A stretch of DNA of 64,000 nucleotides from Candidatus Eremiobacteria bacterium. GTDB lineage: Bacteria; Vulcanimicrobiota; Vulcanimicrobiia; Vulcanimicrobiales; Vulcanimicrobiaceae. Of this stretch, positions 29,036 through 39,563 are shown piece after piece. The position numbers and the translations under genes were made by a program. Below the pieces are notes generated by a model. It did no database searches. It worked only from the letters and a program-made list of their open reading frames with translations, and was not told the origin of the DNA. The stretch covers positions 576,001-640,000 of the forward strand of contig CAVWUU010000004.1 in NCBI GenBank assembly GCA_963758295.1, written 5' to 3'. Each line of letters starts with the position of its first letter. Position 1 is the stretch's first letter.

Positions 29036-32000
29036 TCAGTCGCCGCCTCGCGCGCCGCTGCGTCGCGCGTCGCGCCTTTCCGGGGCGGTGCCGGCTTCCG
29101 GCGTTCGACCACGCTTTCGATGACGTCGTAGAGCACGGGAATGAAGAACACGCCGAGCGACGTTGCAAACAGCATGCCGAAGAATACCGCCGTGCCGAGG
29201 GAATGCCGTGATGCCGCGCCTGCGCCCGAGGCCAGCATTAGCGGAATCACGCCGAAGATGAACGCTAGTGACGTCATCAAGATCGGACGGAAGCGCACCG
29301 CAGCGCCCTGCACCGCCGCTTCGGCCGGCGAGAGGTTCTCGCGCTCGCGCAAGTTCTTAGCGAACTCGACGATGAGAATGGCATTCTTCGCCGCGAGACC
29401 GATCAACATGATGAGGCCGATTTGCACGTACACGTCGTTTGGTAGCTTCCAAATCAGCGCGCCGAAGAACGCGCCGAACACGCCGATCGGGATGCCCAAG
29501 ATCACGCCGAACGGAATCGCCCAGCTCTCGTACAGCGCCGCGAGGAACAAGAACACGAGCACAATCGAAAGGATGAACGTGATGGCTTGCGTGCTGCCGG
29601 CAAGCTTCTGTTCGTACGCCGTGCCGCTCCATTCGTAGCCGAATCCGTCCGGAATCGTTGTCTTTGCGATATCTTCCATTGCGGAAATCGCCTGGCCCGA
29701 ACTGTAGCCCTGCGCCGCCTGCCCGTCGATCTCGGCGGTGCGGTAGACGTTGTACCGCTGAATGATGTTCGATCCGCGCGTCATCGTTGGATTTGAAAAC
29801 GTGCTTAGCGGCACCATCTTGCCTTGCGTCGAGCGCACCATAAGCGTGCCGATATTGGCCGGTGTCATGCGATACTCGGGCTCGGCCTGCACCATGAGCT
29901 TCCAGCTGTTGTCAAAGAGAATCACGTTGTTGACAATAACGCCGCCGAGCTCAGCCTGCAGCGTTTGAAACACCGAGTCGAGTGGGATGCCGAGCTGGTG
30001 CACCTTGTCGCGATCCAGCGAGAGATCGACTTGCGGATAATCCACCGAGTACTGCGACATTACGTTGCCGAGCTCGGGATGTTGGCCGGCCGCATTTTGA
30101 ATGTTAGCCGCAACCTTCGCGAGTTCGTCGGGCGTGTGGTTCCCGCGATCTTCCAGCATGAATTGGAACCCGCCGGAGTTGCCCAAGCCCGGGATGGGCG
30201 CGGGCGGAATCGGCAAAATGCGCGCTTGCACGTGCTTACCGGCGCGCGCGTACGCTTCAAGAATGACCGAGCGCAGCGACTTTGCTTTCCCTTTGCGTTC
30301 ATCCCACGGATCGAGCGTGACTGCGATCGACGCGACGTTCGATTGGCTCTGGCTGTTCAACACGTTGAATCCACCGAGCGTAATGACGTTTTGAACGCCG
30401 GGGATCGAGTGAATCTCGCTGACGATCTGCCTAGAGAGTTCCTGTGTGTGCTGCAACGCCGTGCCGCTCGGGAGCGCGACGTTCATAAAGAAATACCCTT
30501 GATCTTCGAGCGGCACGAAGCTTCCCGGCAGTTTCTTCAGCAGCCCGGCTGCGCCGAGCGTTATAAGCACGAGCGCCACGATCATGAAAACCGAACGCCG
30601 CATCGCCACTTTCAAGAGCGCCGTGTACCGGCCGCGGAACCGGTCGAACCGGGTATTGAAACCGGCGAAAAAACGGCCCAACGGTCCGCGCATTTCTTTT
30701 CGCGGCCGCAGCAGCAGCGCGCAAAGCGCCGGCGTTAACGTCAAGGCGATAATCGCGGACAGGATCACCGAAAACGAAATCGTCAACGCGAATTGTTGAT
30801 ACAGCTGTCCCGTGATGCCTGCCAGGAACGCGGCGGGAACGAAGACGGCGGTCAACACCAACGCGACGGCGATCACCGGTCCTTGGACGTCCTGCATGGC
30901 TGCGATCGCAGCGTCCTTTGAACTCAGGCCCTGTTCGATGTGCAGCTCCGTCGCCTCCACCACGACGATCGCATCGTCCACAACGATGCCGATGGCCAGC
31001 ACGATGCCGAAGAGCGACAACGTGTTCACCGAGAAGCCGAGTGGCACGAAGGCCGCAAATGTGCCGATGAGGGCGACGGGCACGGCGAGCAAGGGAATAA
31101 TCGTCGCGCGCACGCTGCCGAGGAAGAGAAAGACGACGAGCGACACGAGGATGAACGCAATGAGCAGCGTGACGAGCACGTCGTGAATCGACGCATGAAC
31201 GAAGGCGGTCGTGTCGAGGGTAATGTTGTAAGAAAGTCCGGGCGGAAACGACTTCGCGAGATCCTTCAACGTCGCGCGCACGGCGTTGGCCGTCTGAATC
31301 GCATTCGCCGTCGGCGTTTGGTAGATGAGGATGTTCACGGCCGGACTGCCGTTGAAATCGCTAAAGAGCGTGTACGACTGGGCTGCGAGCTGCGTCCGCG
31401 CTACGTCGGACAAACGGATAAACGAGCCGTTCGGAAGCGTCTTGAGAACGACGTTATCGAACTCGGACGTCGAGCCCAGTAAGCCTTTCACGTTGACCGG
31501 CATCTGGAACTGGGGCTGCGTGTTGGTTGGCGGCAGTCCAAGTTGCCCCGCCGGCGCCAGTGCGTTCTGGTGCGAGAGCGCGTTGATCACGTCGCTCGTA
31601 TCCAAGCCCAGCCCCGCGAGCGAATCCGGGCGAACCCACACGCGCATCGAGTAGTTGCCCGCACCCATTAAATTCGTGTTCCCGACGCCGCTTACGCGAT
31701 TCAAGCTATTGAGAATGTTGATCGTCGCATAGTTGCTCAGGAAGAGCGAATCGTAGAGCTTTTCCGGCGAGTAGAGCGTTACGATCAACAGAATCGCCGG
31801 CGACTGCTGCTTGATAGTGATGCCGTAGTTGTTTACCGCGGAGGGCAGCGTGCTTTGTGCGGCGGAGACGCGGTTTTGAACCAGGTTCGCGTCGTCGTTG
31901 ATATTCGAGCCGACGTTGAACGTCGCCGTCAAATTGTACTGCCCGTTCGATGTGCTGAACGAATTCAGGTACATCAGGTTCGGGACGCCGTTGACCTTCG

Positions 32001-32199
32001 ATTCGATATTGGTCGCAACGGCTTGCTCGACGATCGAAGCGTTGGCACCCGGATACGCTGTGCTTACCTGGACGGTCGGCGGCGTGATTTGCGGAAATTG
32101 CGCGACCGGCAGCAGCACGAGCGCGATGGCACCCGCAAGCGCAATCACGAGCGAAAGCACCATGGCAAGTACGGGCCGCTCGATGAAAAAGCGCGACAC
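29032..32199 (-). CDS. RND efflux permease (HAE1/AcrB family)
   Basis: [42 protein letters not shown]. Confidence 0.97.
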   Translation of the reverse strand: MSRFFIERPVLAMVLSLVIALAGAIALVLLPVAQFPQITPPTVQVSTAYPGANASIVEQAVATNIESKVNGVPNLMYLNSFSTSNGQYNLTATFNVGSNINDDANLVQNRVSAAQSTLPSAVNNYGITIKQQSPAILLIVTLYSPEKLYDSLFLSNYATINILNSLNRVSGVGNTNLMGAGNYSMRVWVRPDSLAGLGLDTSDVINALSHQNALAPAGQLGLPPTNTQPQFQMPVNVKGLLGSTSEFDNVVLKTLPNGSFIRLSDVARTQLAAQSYTLFSDFNGSPAVNILIYQTPTANAIQTANAVRATLKDLAKSFPPGLSYNITLDTTAFVHASIHDVLVTLLIAFILVSLVVFLFLGSVRATIIPLLAVPVALIGTFAAFVPLGFSVNTLSLFGIVLAIGIVVDDAIVVVEATELHIEQGLSSKDAAIAAMQDVQGPVIAVALVLTAVFVPAAFLAGITGQLYQQFALTISFSVILSAIIALTLTPALCALLLRPRKEMRGPLGRFFAGFNTRFDRFRGRYTALLKVAMRRSVFMIVALVLITLGAAGLLKKLPGSFVPLEDQGYFFMNVALPSGTALQHTQELSRQIVSEIHSIPGVQNVITLGGFNVLNSQSQSNVASIAVTLDPWDERKGKAKSLRSVILEAYARAGKHVQARILPIPPAPIPGLGNSGGFQFMLEDRGNHTPDELAKVAANIQNAAGQHPELGNVMSQYSVDYPQVDLSLDRDKVHQLGIPLDSVFQTLQAELGGVIVNNVILFDNSWKLMVQAEPEYRMTPANIGTLMVRSTQGKMVPLSTFSNPTMTRGSNIIQRYNVYRTAEIDGQAAQGYSSGQAISAMEDIAKTTIPDGFGYEWSGTAYEQKLAGSTQAITFILSIVLVFLFLAALYESWAIPFGVILGIPIGVFGAFFGALIWKLPNDVYVQIGLIMLIGLAAKNAILIVEFAKNLRERENLSPAEAAVQGAAVRFRPILMTSLAFIFGVIPLMLASGAGAASRHSLGTAVFFGMLFATSLGVFFIPVLYDVIESVVERRKPAPPRKGATRDAAAREAATE

Positions 32200-32201
32200 C
32201 C

Positions 32202-33482
32202 TTACGGGCTCCGGTTTCCCGGCAGAACCGTGACCGGGGTGCCGGCCTGCAGCCGCGAGTTCGGCGAGAGCACGACTTGCTCGCCCGGTTTTAAGCCCGA
32301 CGAGATGACCATCAGTTGGCCGTACGGCGTTCCGGTCTCGATGGAACGGAACTGGATCTTGTTCCCCGGCCCCACGACGTACACCATCGGTGTGCCCTGG
32401 TACGCAGCCACGGCGCTTTGCGGCACGACGATGGCGTTGCGCTGCTCGGAGATCGTGAAGCGAACGCGCGCGAATTGTCCGGGGCGCAAAAACGCCGAGG
32501 GGTTTGGAAAGATCGATTCGACGGAGATCGTGCCCGTAGTCGGATCGACGGCATTGTTGATGTTGGTGGCCCGCCCGCGATACGGATAGATCGCCCCGTT
32601 GGAAAGGTACAGCTGCAGCTCGGGGGCCGCGCGTTGGCGCATTTCGACGAGTCGTTTTGCCACCTTCAGGTAGTCCGACTCGCTAAGCTGGAAAATCACT
32701 TTCGTCGGATCGATACTCGAAACGGTTGCGAGCGTGGCATTCTTGCCGGGCCCCACGACGTTGCCCGGATCGACGTTCGCAAAACTGATGATGCCCGTCA
32801 CGGGCGACGAGATCGTCGTGTAGCTCAAGTTCAGCTGCGCGTTGGTGAGTTGCGCTTCGGCTTGCGACACGCTGCCTTGCGCCGTGAGAATGCTCGTCTG
32901 TTGCGTCAGCTCCACGTCTTTGACGTTTGCCTGGGCCGCTTGAACGTCGGCGACGGCAATGTCGTACTGCGTTTTTGTCTGATCGTAATCTTTTTGCGAG
33001 ACGGCATGCTTTGCCGCTAAGGGGCCCATGCGCGCGAGCTCGACCTTTTGATACTCGTAGGCTGCGTTAGCTTGGGCCAGTTTGGCCTTCGCCGATTGAT
33101 CGGCAACGTTGCTCTTCGCGTGCATCAGATCGGCGCGCGCTTTCTGCAGCGCACCGTCGGCCGCTTGAACGTCGGCCTGATAGGGCGCCTGTTGAATCTG
33201 CATCAAGAGCTGGCCGCGATGTACGAGCGTGCCGTTCTTGAAGTAGATGCGGTCGAGCGTGCCTTGCACGCGAGCCGTGAGGTCGACTTGTTGAAGCGCA
33301 GCCGTTTGAGCGACGTATTCAGCCGTCACCGGAACGGTCGTCGCTGTCGCCCGCGCAACGCGAACCGCCTGCGGAGGCGTATCGGCTTTCACTTGTGGCG
33401 CGCTGCAATGCGCCAGTCCAAGCGCGCATACTATCGTAGCGAATACGCCGAAACGCTGAAATGTCGCCGAAGCCAAAAGCAC
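32202..33482 (-). CDS. RND periplasmic adaptor (MFP)
   Basis: [28 protein letters not shown]; start uncertain. Confidence 0.93.
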   Translation of the reverse strand: MLLASATFQRFGVFATIVCALGLAHCSAPQVKADTPPQAVRVARATATTVPVTAEYVAQTAALQQVDLTARVQGTLDRIYFKNGTLVHRGQLLMQIQQAPYQADVQAADGALQKARADLMHAKSNVADQSAKAKLAQANAAYEYQKVELARMGPLAAKHAVSQKDYDQTKTQYDIAVADVQAAQANVKDVELTQQTSILTAQGSVSQAEAQLTNAQLNLSYTTISSPVTGIISFANVDPGNVVGPGKNATLATVSSIDPTKVIFQLSESDYLKVAKRLVEMRQRAAPELQLYLSNGAIYPYRGRATNINNAVDPTTGTISVESIFPNPSAFLRPGQFARVRFTISEQRNAIVVPQSAVAAYQGTPMVYVVGPGNKIQFRSIETGTPYGQLMVISSGLKPGEQVVLSPNSRLQAGTPVTVLPGNRSP

Positions 33483-33575
33483 CCCCGACGCCGTTTGCGA
33501 AAAGTGCCTTCAGTATTGCACCCGGCAAGCCGCCTCACAATCCATGACGAAATGACCGAGTCTATTTACTCAGAC

Positions 33576-33613
33576 GAGAAACAATGGGCTCGATTGCTTA
33601 ACCGAGCCCATTG
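33576..33613 (-). terminator. Probable intrinsic terminator after the protease gene
   Basis: 11-bp stem CAATGGGCTCG/CGAGCCCATTG followed by a short T run on the minus strand. Confidence 0.55.
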
Positions 33614-33633
33614 AACGTTCGTCAGCGTCTTTC

Positions 33634-35484
33634 TTAGACGTAATCGGCGAGGGTCAGCGTCACGTCACGATCGCCGGCCGGTCCCTTTACGTGCAGATGG
33701 TACACCGTGCCGGCGGGTTGCTGGAACAGCGTGCGAACCTGTGCGAGGGACTGATCCGACGCCGGTTTTCCGTTTATCGTTTCGATAACGTCGCCTTTTG
33801 CCAGGTGATCGATCGCGGCAGGCGTTCCGGGCCGTGCGTCAATTACCGTGTACGCGCCCTTGTTGTCGATCAGGAACAAACCGGAGCGGTCGTACCCAAA
33901 CGGCGAGTCGTACGAACCGTTCTTCGCCAGAAGCATCTGATGGTGCGCGTAATCGAACGTTACGGTGAAACGCCGCCAGATCGCGCCGCCGAGATTCGCG
34001 GGGTTGTTGGGATCGGCAAACGCGCCTTTTTCGCCCGTCGTAAAATCGGCAATCGTCCCGTTGAGATCGAAGGGACCGATCTGCAGCGAATTCACGCGCC
34101 CGAGTTTTGCATATGACGGGCCGCCCACGCCGAACCCGGCAACGCCGTCGGAGGTTTTCGCTTGCGCGGCGATCGTGGGATGCGCGCTGACGAATGGCGA
34201 GCTGAGGGTTAGTGCGGCGCGGCTGCCCGTATCAACCTCGCCATTAGTGCTGATGCCGTCGATGGTAATCGGAACGCGCGGGATGGTGCGGTCGAAGAAA
34301 AAGTTCACGGCAGTAGCGCCCGCAACCGTTGCGGGCCTGCTGCTTGGCATCGCAAAGGTGACCTTGGCATTGGCGTAGTCGATCGTAGTGAGAAAACGCG
34401 CGACGGTCTGATAGCCGATCATTCCGTCGATCTTGACGCCCTCGGCAATGCCGAATCCCGTGCCGATGGGCAATACCAGCATGTACTGGTTGTGAATCGT
34501 CGCGGCACCGATCTCAATCGAATCTACTTTGGTGAATCCGGCCGCCTCCGTTTTACTGCCCACGCCGCCGATCTGCGTATTCCCCGACGTCTGGACGTTG
34601 AGCGCCGCCGCGACGTCGGGCGTAACGATCGAGTCACCGCCGGTATCCAGGATGAAGTTGTACGGGCCCTTTCCGTTCAGCATCAAGTGGACGTAGATGT
34701 GATTGTTGATTATGTCGATCGGCACCGTCGTCGATCCGCCGGCGACGCTGAAGTCCTTGACGGTTGATGCCGGAACGCCCATCTTCGAAGCGACATCTTC
34801 GTTGAACTTCACCGACGAAAGCGTTTGTGAAAACTCGTTGCCGTCGGACGTCTTAGTCGCGTTCTTGAACGGATAGTTTACGCCATCGACTTTGCGATAG
34901 CCGGACAGACGCGTATCGGTGGACACCAGTCCTACGGTGCTCGTCATACGATCGAGCAGATGCGTGCGCGGATTCACCCAGAAATCCATTTCGCTTCCGT
35001 GCGCCGGGGTAACGGCGACAACGTCATACGTAACGCCGCCTTCAGGCTTCTTGCCGAGCCAATGCACCGCCGCGCCGCCGAAGTCGGCGCGCAGAAAGGC
35101 GAGGTTATCGAAGTAGGCTTGATCGACCGACTGCGTACGCCCCGCAACACCGCCGTCGATCGTCACGAGACCGGCATAGTCTTCATTCCAGGCGCTAGAA
35201 CCGTCCCAGCCCGAGCCGCCGGTGATCGGTCCGCCGGATTGACGAGACGAAAAACGCAAACCCTTCGCGTCGTCCCACTCTTCCGCCGTCGCTTGAATGC
35301 CAAGTACCAGCGTCGTTCCGGCAACGTGAATTGACGAGATGGATGAAACCGGCCGGCTTAGCATTGCTTTTCGAAGTTCGGTGAGGGTCGCTTGAGCGGA
35401 TCCCTCCGGCGCAGCGGCGGCGGCAATGGCACAAAGCGGCAGCGCGCTCGCAAATAACACAGCAGCGAAAAATTTCGTTCCCAT
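33634..35484 (-). CDS. Secreted aspartyl protease: two retropepsin-like domains plus PDZ
   Basis: FILDTGG...DGMIG and VDTGS...NLGG; PGTPAA..LAKGDVIETING. Confidence 0.85.
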   Translation of the reverse strand: MGTKFFAAVLFASALPLCAIAAAAAPEGSAQATLTELRKAMLSRPVSSISSIHVAGTTLVLGIQATAEEWDDAKGLRFSSRQSGGPITGGSGWDGSSAWNEDYAGLVTIDGGVAGRTQSVDQAYFDNLAFLRADFGGAAVHWLGKKPEGGVTYDVVAVTPAHGSEMDFWVNPRTHLLDRMTSTVGLVSTDTRLSGYRKVDGVNYPFKNATKTSDGNEFSQTLSSVKFNEDVASKMGVPASTVKDFSVAGGSTTVPIDIINNHIYVHLMLNGKGPYNFILDTGGDSIVTPDVAAALNVQTSGNTQIGGVGSKTEAAGFTKVDSIEIGAATIHNQYMLVLPIGTGFGIAEGVKIDGMIGYQTVARFLTTIDYANAKVTFAMPSSRPATVAGATAVNFFFDRTIPRVPITIDGISTNGEVDTGSRAALTLSSPFVSAHPTIAAQAKTSDGVAGFGVGGPSYAKLGRVNSLQIGPFDLNGTIADFTTGEKGAFADPNNPANLGGAIWRRFTVTFDYAHHQMLLAKNGSYDSPFGYDRSGLFLIDNKGAYTVIDARPGTPAAIDHLAKGDVIETINGKPASDQSLAQVRTLFQQPAGTVYHLHVKGPAGDRDVTLTLADYV

Positions 35485-35517
35485 GTTGCGCACTACGGGG
35501 GCAGATGGGAAAGTGTT

Positions 35518-35670
35518 TCAGGTCTGGCCGCCTTCTTTCGCAGGAATGATCTTTTGCGGATCGGTTCCGGAACGATGCAGGCCACTCTTCTGCTGATCGT
35601 CTTCTTGCGCGGCGGGCGGTTCGATGGCTGCGGGGTCGTGTTCGGCTTCATCTCTTCTACGGTCGTCCAT
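35518..35670 (-). CDS. 50-aa hydrophilic small protein (MDDRRRDEAEHDPAAIEPPAAQEDDQQKSGLHRSGTDPQKIIPAKEGGQT)
   Basis: ATG to TGA read manually; GGGTA 10 nt upstream; fills the intergenic gap. Confidence 0.5.
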   Translation of the reverse strand: MDDRRRDEAEHDPAAIEPPAAQEDDQQKSGLHRSGTDPQKIIPAKEGGQT

Positions 35671-35694
35671 TGCGCGGTTTTACCCGAATGCGCG

Positions 35695-35835
35695 CTATCC
35701 GCCGGCACTTTCGAAACCCGGATCAACAGTCGGACATTCAACGCCCGCTTCCTCGCACGCCGAACAATGGCGGCCACGATGCAACTGCATCGAGTGCCCG
35801 CACCCGGGACAATTCTCTGGTGTGTCTTGCTGCAT
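35695..35835 (-). CDS. 46-aa Cys/His-rich small protein (MQQDTPENCPGCGHSMQLHRGRHCSACEEAGVECPTVDPGFESAGG)
   Basis: ATG to TAG read manually; two CxxC, three His; GGGTA 9 nt upstream. Confidence 0.6.
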   Translation of the reverse strand: MQQDTPENCPGCGHSMQLHRGRHCSACEEAGVECPTVDPGFESAGG

Positions 35836-35899
35836 GCCCCTTCTTACCCATCGGTTCGTTTCGGAAAGGTTGCCGCTATGCGGAGGAGTATCTCCTCGC

Positions 35900-37321
35900 G
35901 TGCGCCGCTTGCTTGCCGTCTTCTTCTGCGCCTTCTGGCTGGTGCCGGGCTTGGCTCAGGCTGCGCCCGGCGTGGCGTCGTTTACAATCACGGCGCAGCA
36001 GATCGCGCTCTACACCGACCGCAGCGCGCTCCTCGCCGACGGGGGTGTGTCTGTGCGCTCCCAGGCGTTGCAAATCACGTCGACGCGAGCGCTTTACGAT
36101 GTGAAGGCCAACACGCTCACGGCAACCGGAAATGTTACCGTCACGGAAAATGCAGCCGCCGCAAGCGGTGCCGCTTATATTTACGACTTCAAGACCTCGC
36201 ACGGCCACTTCTTGGAAAGCGCAACACTGCCGCAGTACTCAACCTCGGAGGCAACCGCAATTGCCCAACAAGTCGAGTTGCATCCCGCGACGTCGATTCT
36301 TTTCAGCAATGCGCAAGTTCGCACCGGCAGCGTGCTGACGCCGATCGCCTCGTACGAATATACGATTCCGCCACCCGGCGCCAAAGACTTCGGCTATTCG
36401 CCCGTTCCCAGCGCCGCGCTCGAGGAGTACCTCCGGCTCGGAGCGGATCGGAATGCGTATTCGTTCGCACGCGTGCGTTACGACCGGTACAACGGCGGTC
36501 CGGGGGCGGGCTTGGAAGAGCACTATGCACGGACGGACCGAGGATACATCGCCGTTGGGCAAACGCTCGACGTGGATGGTGCGCGCTTCGATCTCGCGGC
36601 GTTTCAGCGACTCAACGCGAGTCTTACGCAATCGCTCACAGGATCGTCACTTTTCGGCACGCGATCCTTACGCTATGCGTTGAATCTCAGCGGGCGCGAA
36701 GGTTACTCGTCGCTCTCGTCCTTTCAATATAACAATACGCGGTCTGATGATTTATACCTAACCGACAACCAGCACCCCATTGGCAAGGTTGGCCAGCTCC
36801 GCGAACAAGTCGACTTCGGCCACGACGTTCACCCAACGGATTACATGGGCAGCCAAGATTTCCGCGTAACGCCGGGACTGCATTTCGACACGGCTAGCGT
36901 CCGCGTTGGCCGCGCTACACTCTCGAGTTCCGCCGATATCGGCGAAAGCTGGTACGACTACGGCCGCGCGACGCTTGCGACCGGCGTGTCGTTCTGGGAC
37001 ACGTACGTTGCGAATCCGAAAGTGCAGTTCAATGCCGGCGCGACGTTCACGCACGACGCGCCGCCGTTTCCCTCAACGTATCGCACTTACGTAGTTGGAA
37101 GTACGTGGAAGGCGAGCAATGCCTTCGCTCTCATTTCATCATTGACGTATGCGCACGACTACGGCCAATACCTCGGCGTCGGCCGCCCCGAGTTCAGCGC
37201 CGCGTTCGACGTGCGCTTTCGCCGCAAAAATGGTACCGGCATCGAAGTCGGCAGCATCATTCCGTTTGGCACGGGCAACCTTTACCACGCCGGCGGCTTC
37301 AATCTGCGCTTCTTCAAGTAG
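35900..37321 (+). CDS. Hypothetical outer-membrane protein with LptD/OstA-like N-terminus
   Basis: Signal peptide AQA-A from GTG 35900; ITAQQI, LTATGNVTV, YDFKTSHGHF; amphipathic strands; ends FNLRFFK. Confidence 0.65.
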   Translation: MRRLLAVFFCAFWLVPGLAQAAPGVASFTITAQQIALYTDRSALLADGGVSVRSQALQITSTRALYDVKANTLTATGNVTVTENAAAASGAAYIYDFKTSHGHFLESATLPQYSTSEATAIAQQVELHPATSILFSNAQVRTGSVLTPIASYEYTIPPPGAKDFGYSPVPSAALEEYLRLGADRNAYSFARVRYDRYNGGPGAGLEEHYARTDRGYIAVGQTLDVDGARFDLAAFQRLNASLTQSLTGSSLFGTRSLRYALNLSGREGYSSLSSFQYNNTRSDDLYLTDNQHPIGKVGQLREQVDFGHDVHPTDYMGSQDFRVTPGLHFDTASVRVGRATLSSSADIGESWYDYGRATLATGVSFWDTYVANPKVQFNAGATFTHDAPPFPSTYRTYVVGSTWKASNAFALISSLTYAHDYGQYLGVGRPEFSAAFDVRFRRKNGTGIEVGSIIPFGTGNLYHAGGFNLRFFK

Positions 37322-37407
37322 CGGCCGCATTCCGACGCCATGTGGTCGCTAAACGTGACGCGCCGGCTCGGAGAGAAATCCTCACCGGCGCGAAACCACA
37401 TGGAAAT

Positions 37408-38121
37408 CTAGCGATCCGTTTTATCTTTTACATTAGCGGGGTCGACATCGACGTCACTATCGAATTGCACGCGTTCTTTGCGTACGTCTGCCCCGACGGT
37501 TTGCGTTTCTTGAATGCGCCGCTTTCCAACGACGATTTCTTCGGTCGTAACCGGCGTCTTCTCTACCCGAACCTCTTCGCGCGTAACCGGAATACGAATC
37601 TCTTCGTTTCCGTCGGCTAGCTCATTTGCTGAGGCCTCACTGTTGACGGGACGGCGCTCAACGTAGACTTCTTCGCGCATAGTTGGAACGTCGATGTCCT
37701 GGTGCTCGACTGCCACCTCTTTGCGCGCGCGAAACTCGCCATCACCAACTTGCTCCGTCTGTACCTTCAGACGTTCTTCGTGTAATGTGAGCCGTTGCTC
37801 CGCGAGCGACTCCTGGGACGACTGCGAGAGGTCGCTTTGCTCATCAGCGCTCATTCTTCCGCCGTACCTGCGAACAATGGACATTGTATCTTCATCCGCG
37901 GCATCCAGCGTAAGAAACGCTGCACGTGAGTGGTCAGAATCGCTTGCCGGCGCAGCGCCGAAGAATTCACGCACCCGCTCCATGAATCCACCGTTCCCGG
38001 ATGTCGACGCGCTCGAACTCGAATGAAGCTGAGACGATACACCGCGCCCGTCGAGTGCGTTTTGTGCGTCCCGAGCGTTCTCTTGGTTGTCAAAATAGAT
38101 CGTTGTGGTTCCTGATTGCAT
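37408..38121 (-). CDS. YsnF/AvaK (DUF2382) general stress protein
   Basis: LHEERLKV, VPTMREEVYVERRPV, EEIRIPVTREEVRVEK, VRKERV. Confidence 0.9.
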   Translation of the reverse strand: MQSGTTTIYFDNQENARDAQNALDGRGVSSQLHSSSSASTSGNGGFMERVREFFGAAPASDSDHSRAAFLTLDAADEDTMSIVRRYGGRMSADEQSDLSQSSQESLAEQRLTLHEERLKVQTEQVGDGEFRARKEVAVEHQDIDVPTMREEVYVERRPVNSEASANELADGNEEIRIPVTREEVRVEKTPVTTEEIVVGKRRIQETQTVGADVRKERVQFDSDVDVDPANVKDKTDR

Positions 38122-38162
38122 TCGCGGCTTACCAGCCTTTCGGATTGGCGTGATGGCCTTAT

Positions 38163-38188
38163 TTACCGTTCGGCATGTGCACGAAAAC
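38163..38188 (-). promoter_or_regulatory. Putative SigB/SigF-like promoter GTTT-N16-CGGTAA
   Basis: Upstream of the YsnF-like gene, whose Bacillus homologue is SigB-dependent. Confidence 0.5.
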
Positions 38189-38414
38189 GTGCATGCCTAC
38201 CATGCACCCAACCAATCCATGAAGCTGTACCCGTCCGTTTGCTTAGGGCGAACGCCCGAATTGGTGGACTAATGAATCAACGCTTTGTCCGCGGTGCTGC
38301 ATTCGCTTGCGTGCTACTTTGGTTCACCCTCGCTTGCATTACTCGGACGCCTGGCTGGAGACGGCACCGCCGTGTAAGCGCGGAAGGCCGGCCCCTGCGT
38401 CGAAAGTCTGCCGC

Positions 38415-39563
38415 ATGACGGACACGTACGATGTCGTCGTTGCCGGATTGGGCGGCATGGGAAGCGCCGTTCTTGCGCACTGCGCGTTGCGTGGCGTTCG
38501 CGTGTTGGGCGTCGAGCAGTTCAAGCGCGGACACGAGTTGGGCGCATCTGCCGGCAAAACGCGCATTATCCGTCAGGCTTACTACGAAGACCCGGCATAC
38601 GTGCCGCTCTTACTTCGCGCGTACGAACTATGGACCGACCTCGAGCGACAAACGGGCGAAACGGTCATGCGCATCACCGGGCTGCTCATGGCCGGTTTGC
38701 CGGAAAGCGAAGTCATTGCCGGGTCAACCAAAGCGGCGCGGAAATGGGATCTTCCGGTCGAGCACCTTTCCTCGAGCGACGTGCGCAACCGATTTTCGAC
38801 TCTACAAATACGCGACGACGAAGCGGCGATCTACGAGCGTGCCGGCGGCGTGATTTTCCCGGAAGCCGCGGTAGGCGCGCACTTGAAACTTGCGGAACGG
38901 CACGGTGCGGAAACGCGGTTCAACACTCGCATTGAATCATGGCATAGCAACCACAACCGCGTCGCTATACGTCTTTCCAACGGCGCTGAAATCCACGCCG
39001 GGTCGTTGGTCTTAAGCCTCGGGCCGTGGAGCGATCGCGAATTTCATGCGCTCGGTGTGCCGTTCGAAGTGCAACGAAACGTCCAAGTGTGGTTCGAGCC
39101 GCTTACTCACGTCTACGATGCCGGAACCTTTCCCGTTTTCTTTTTGGACCGAGAGGACTTACCGGCGCCGGTCTATGGATTTCCCGATTTCGGCAACGGC
39201 GTGAAGGCAGCGTTTCACGGATTAGGGGTAGCGACACGCGCCAATACGTTGGACCGTTCGATCGATGAAGCGCGCGACGTAGAGCCCCTTGCAGCGGTGC
39301 TTGACCATTGGATGCCCGGCGCAGCGGGACGATTTGTTGAAGCGAAGGCGTGCATGTATTCGCTCACACCGGATCGCCATTTCGTCGTCGACCTTCACCC
39401 ACATCATCCCAACGTCGTTGTGCTTGGCGGCTTTTCGGGCCACGGCTTCAAGTTCGCCAGTGTCATCGGCGAAATAGGTGCAGATCTCGCGATGTCACGC
39501 ATAACACGCCACGACGTTCGTTTTTTATCCTCTCGACGTTTCCACTCACCTTCGTCATCCTGA
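38415..39563 (+). CDS. solA: N-methyl-L-tryptophan/monomeric sarcosine oxidase family
   Basis: VAGLGGMGS, GKTRIIRQAYYE, CMYSLTPD, FSGHGFKF. Confidence 0.9.
   Translation: MTDTYDVVVAGLGGMGSAVLAHCALRGVRVLGVEQFKRGHELGASAGKTRIIRQAYYEDPAYVPLLLRAYELWTDLERQTGETVMRITGLLMAGLPESEVIAGSTKAARKWDLPVEHLSSSDVRNRFSTLQIRDDEAAIYERAGGVIFPEAAVGAHLKLAERHGAETRFNTRIESWHSNHNRVAIRLSNGAEIHAGSLVLSLGPWSDREFHALGVPFEVQRNVQVWFEPLTHVYDAGTFPVFFLDREDLPAPVYGFPDFGNGVKAAFHGLGVATRANTLDRSIDEARDVEPLAAVLDHWMPGAAGRFVEAKACMYSLTPDRHFVVDLHPHHPNVVVLGGFSGHGFKFASVIGEIGADLAMSRITRHDVRFLSSRRFHSPSSS

Noticed and set aside
35554..36732. 392-aa plus-strand ORF
   Set aside because: Arg-rich alternative frame overlapping the outer-membrane protein gene and the two micro-ORFs
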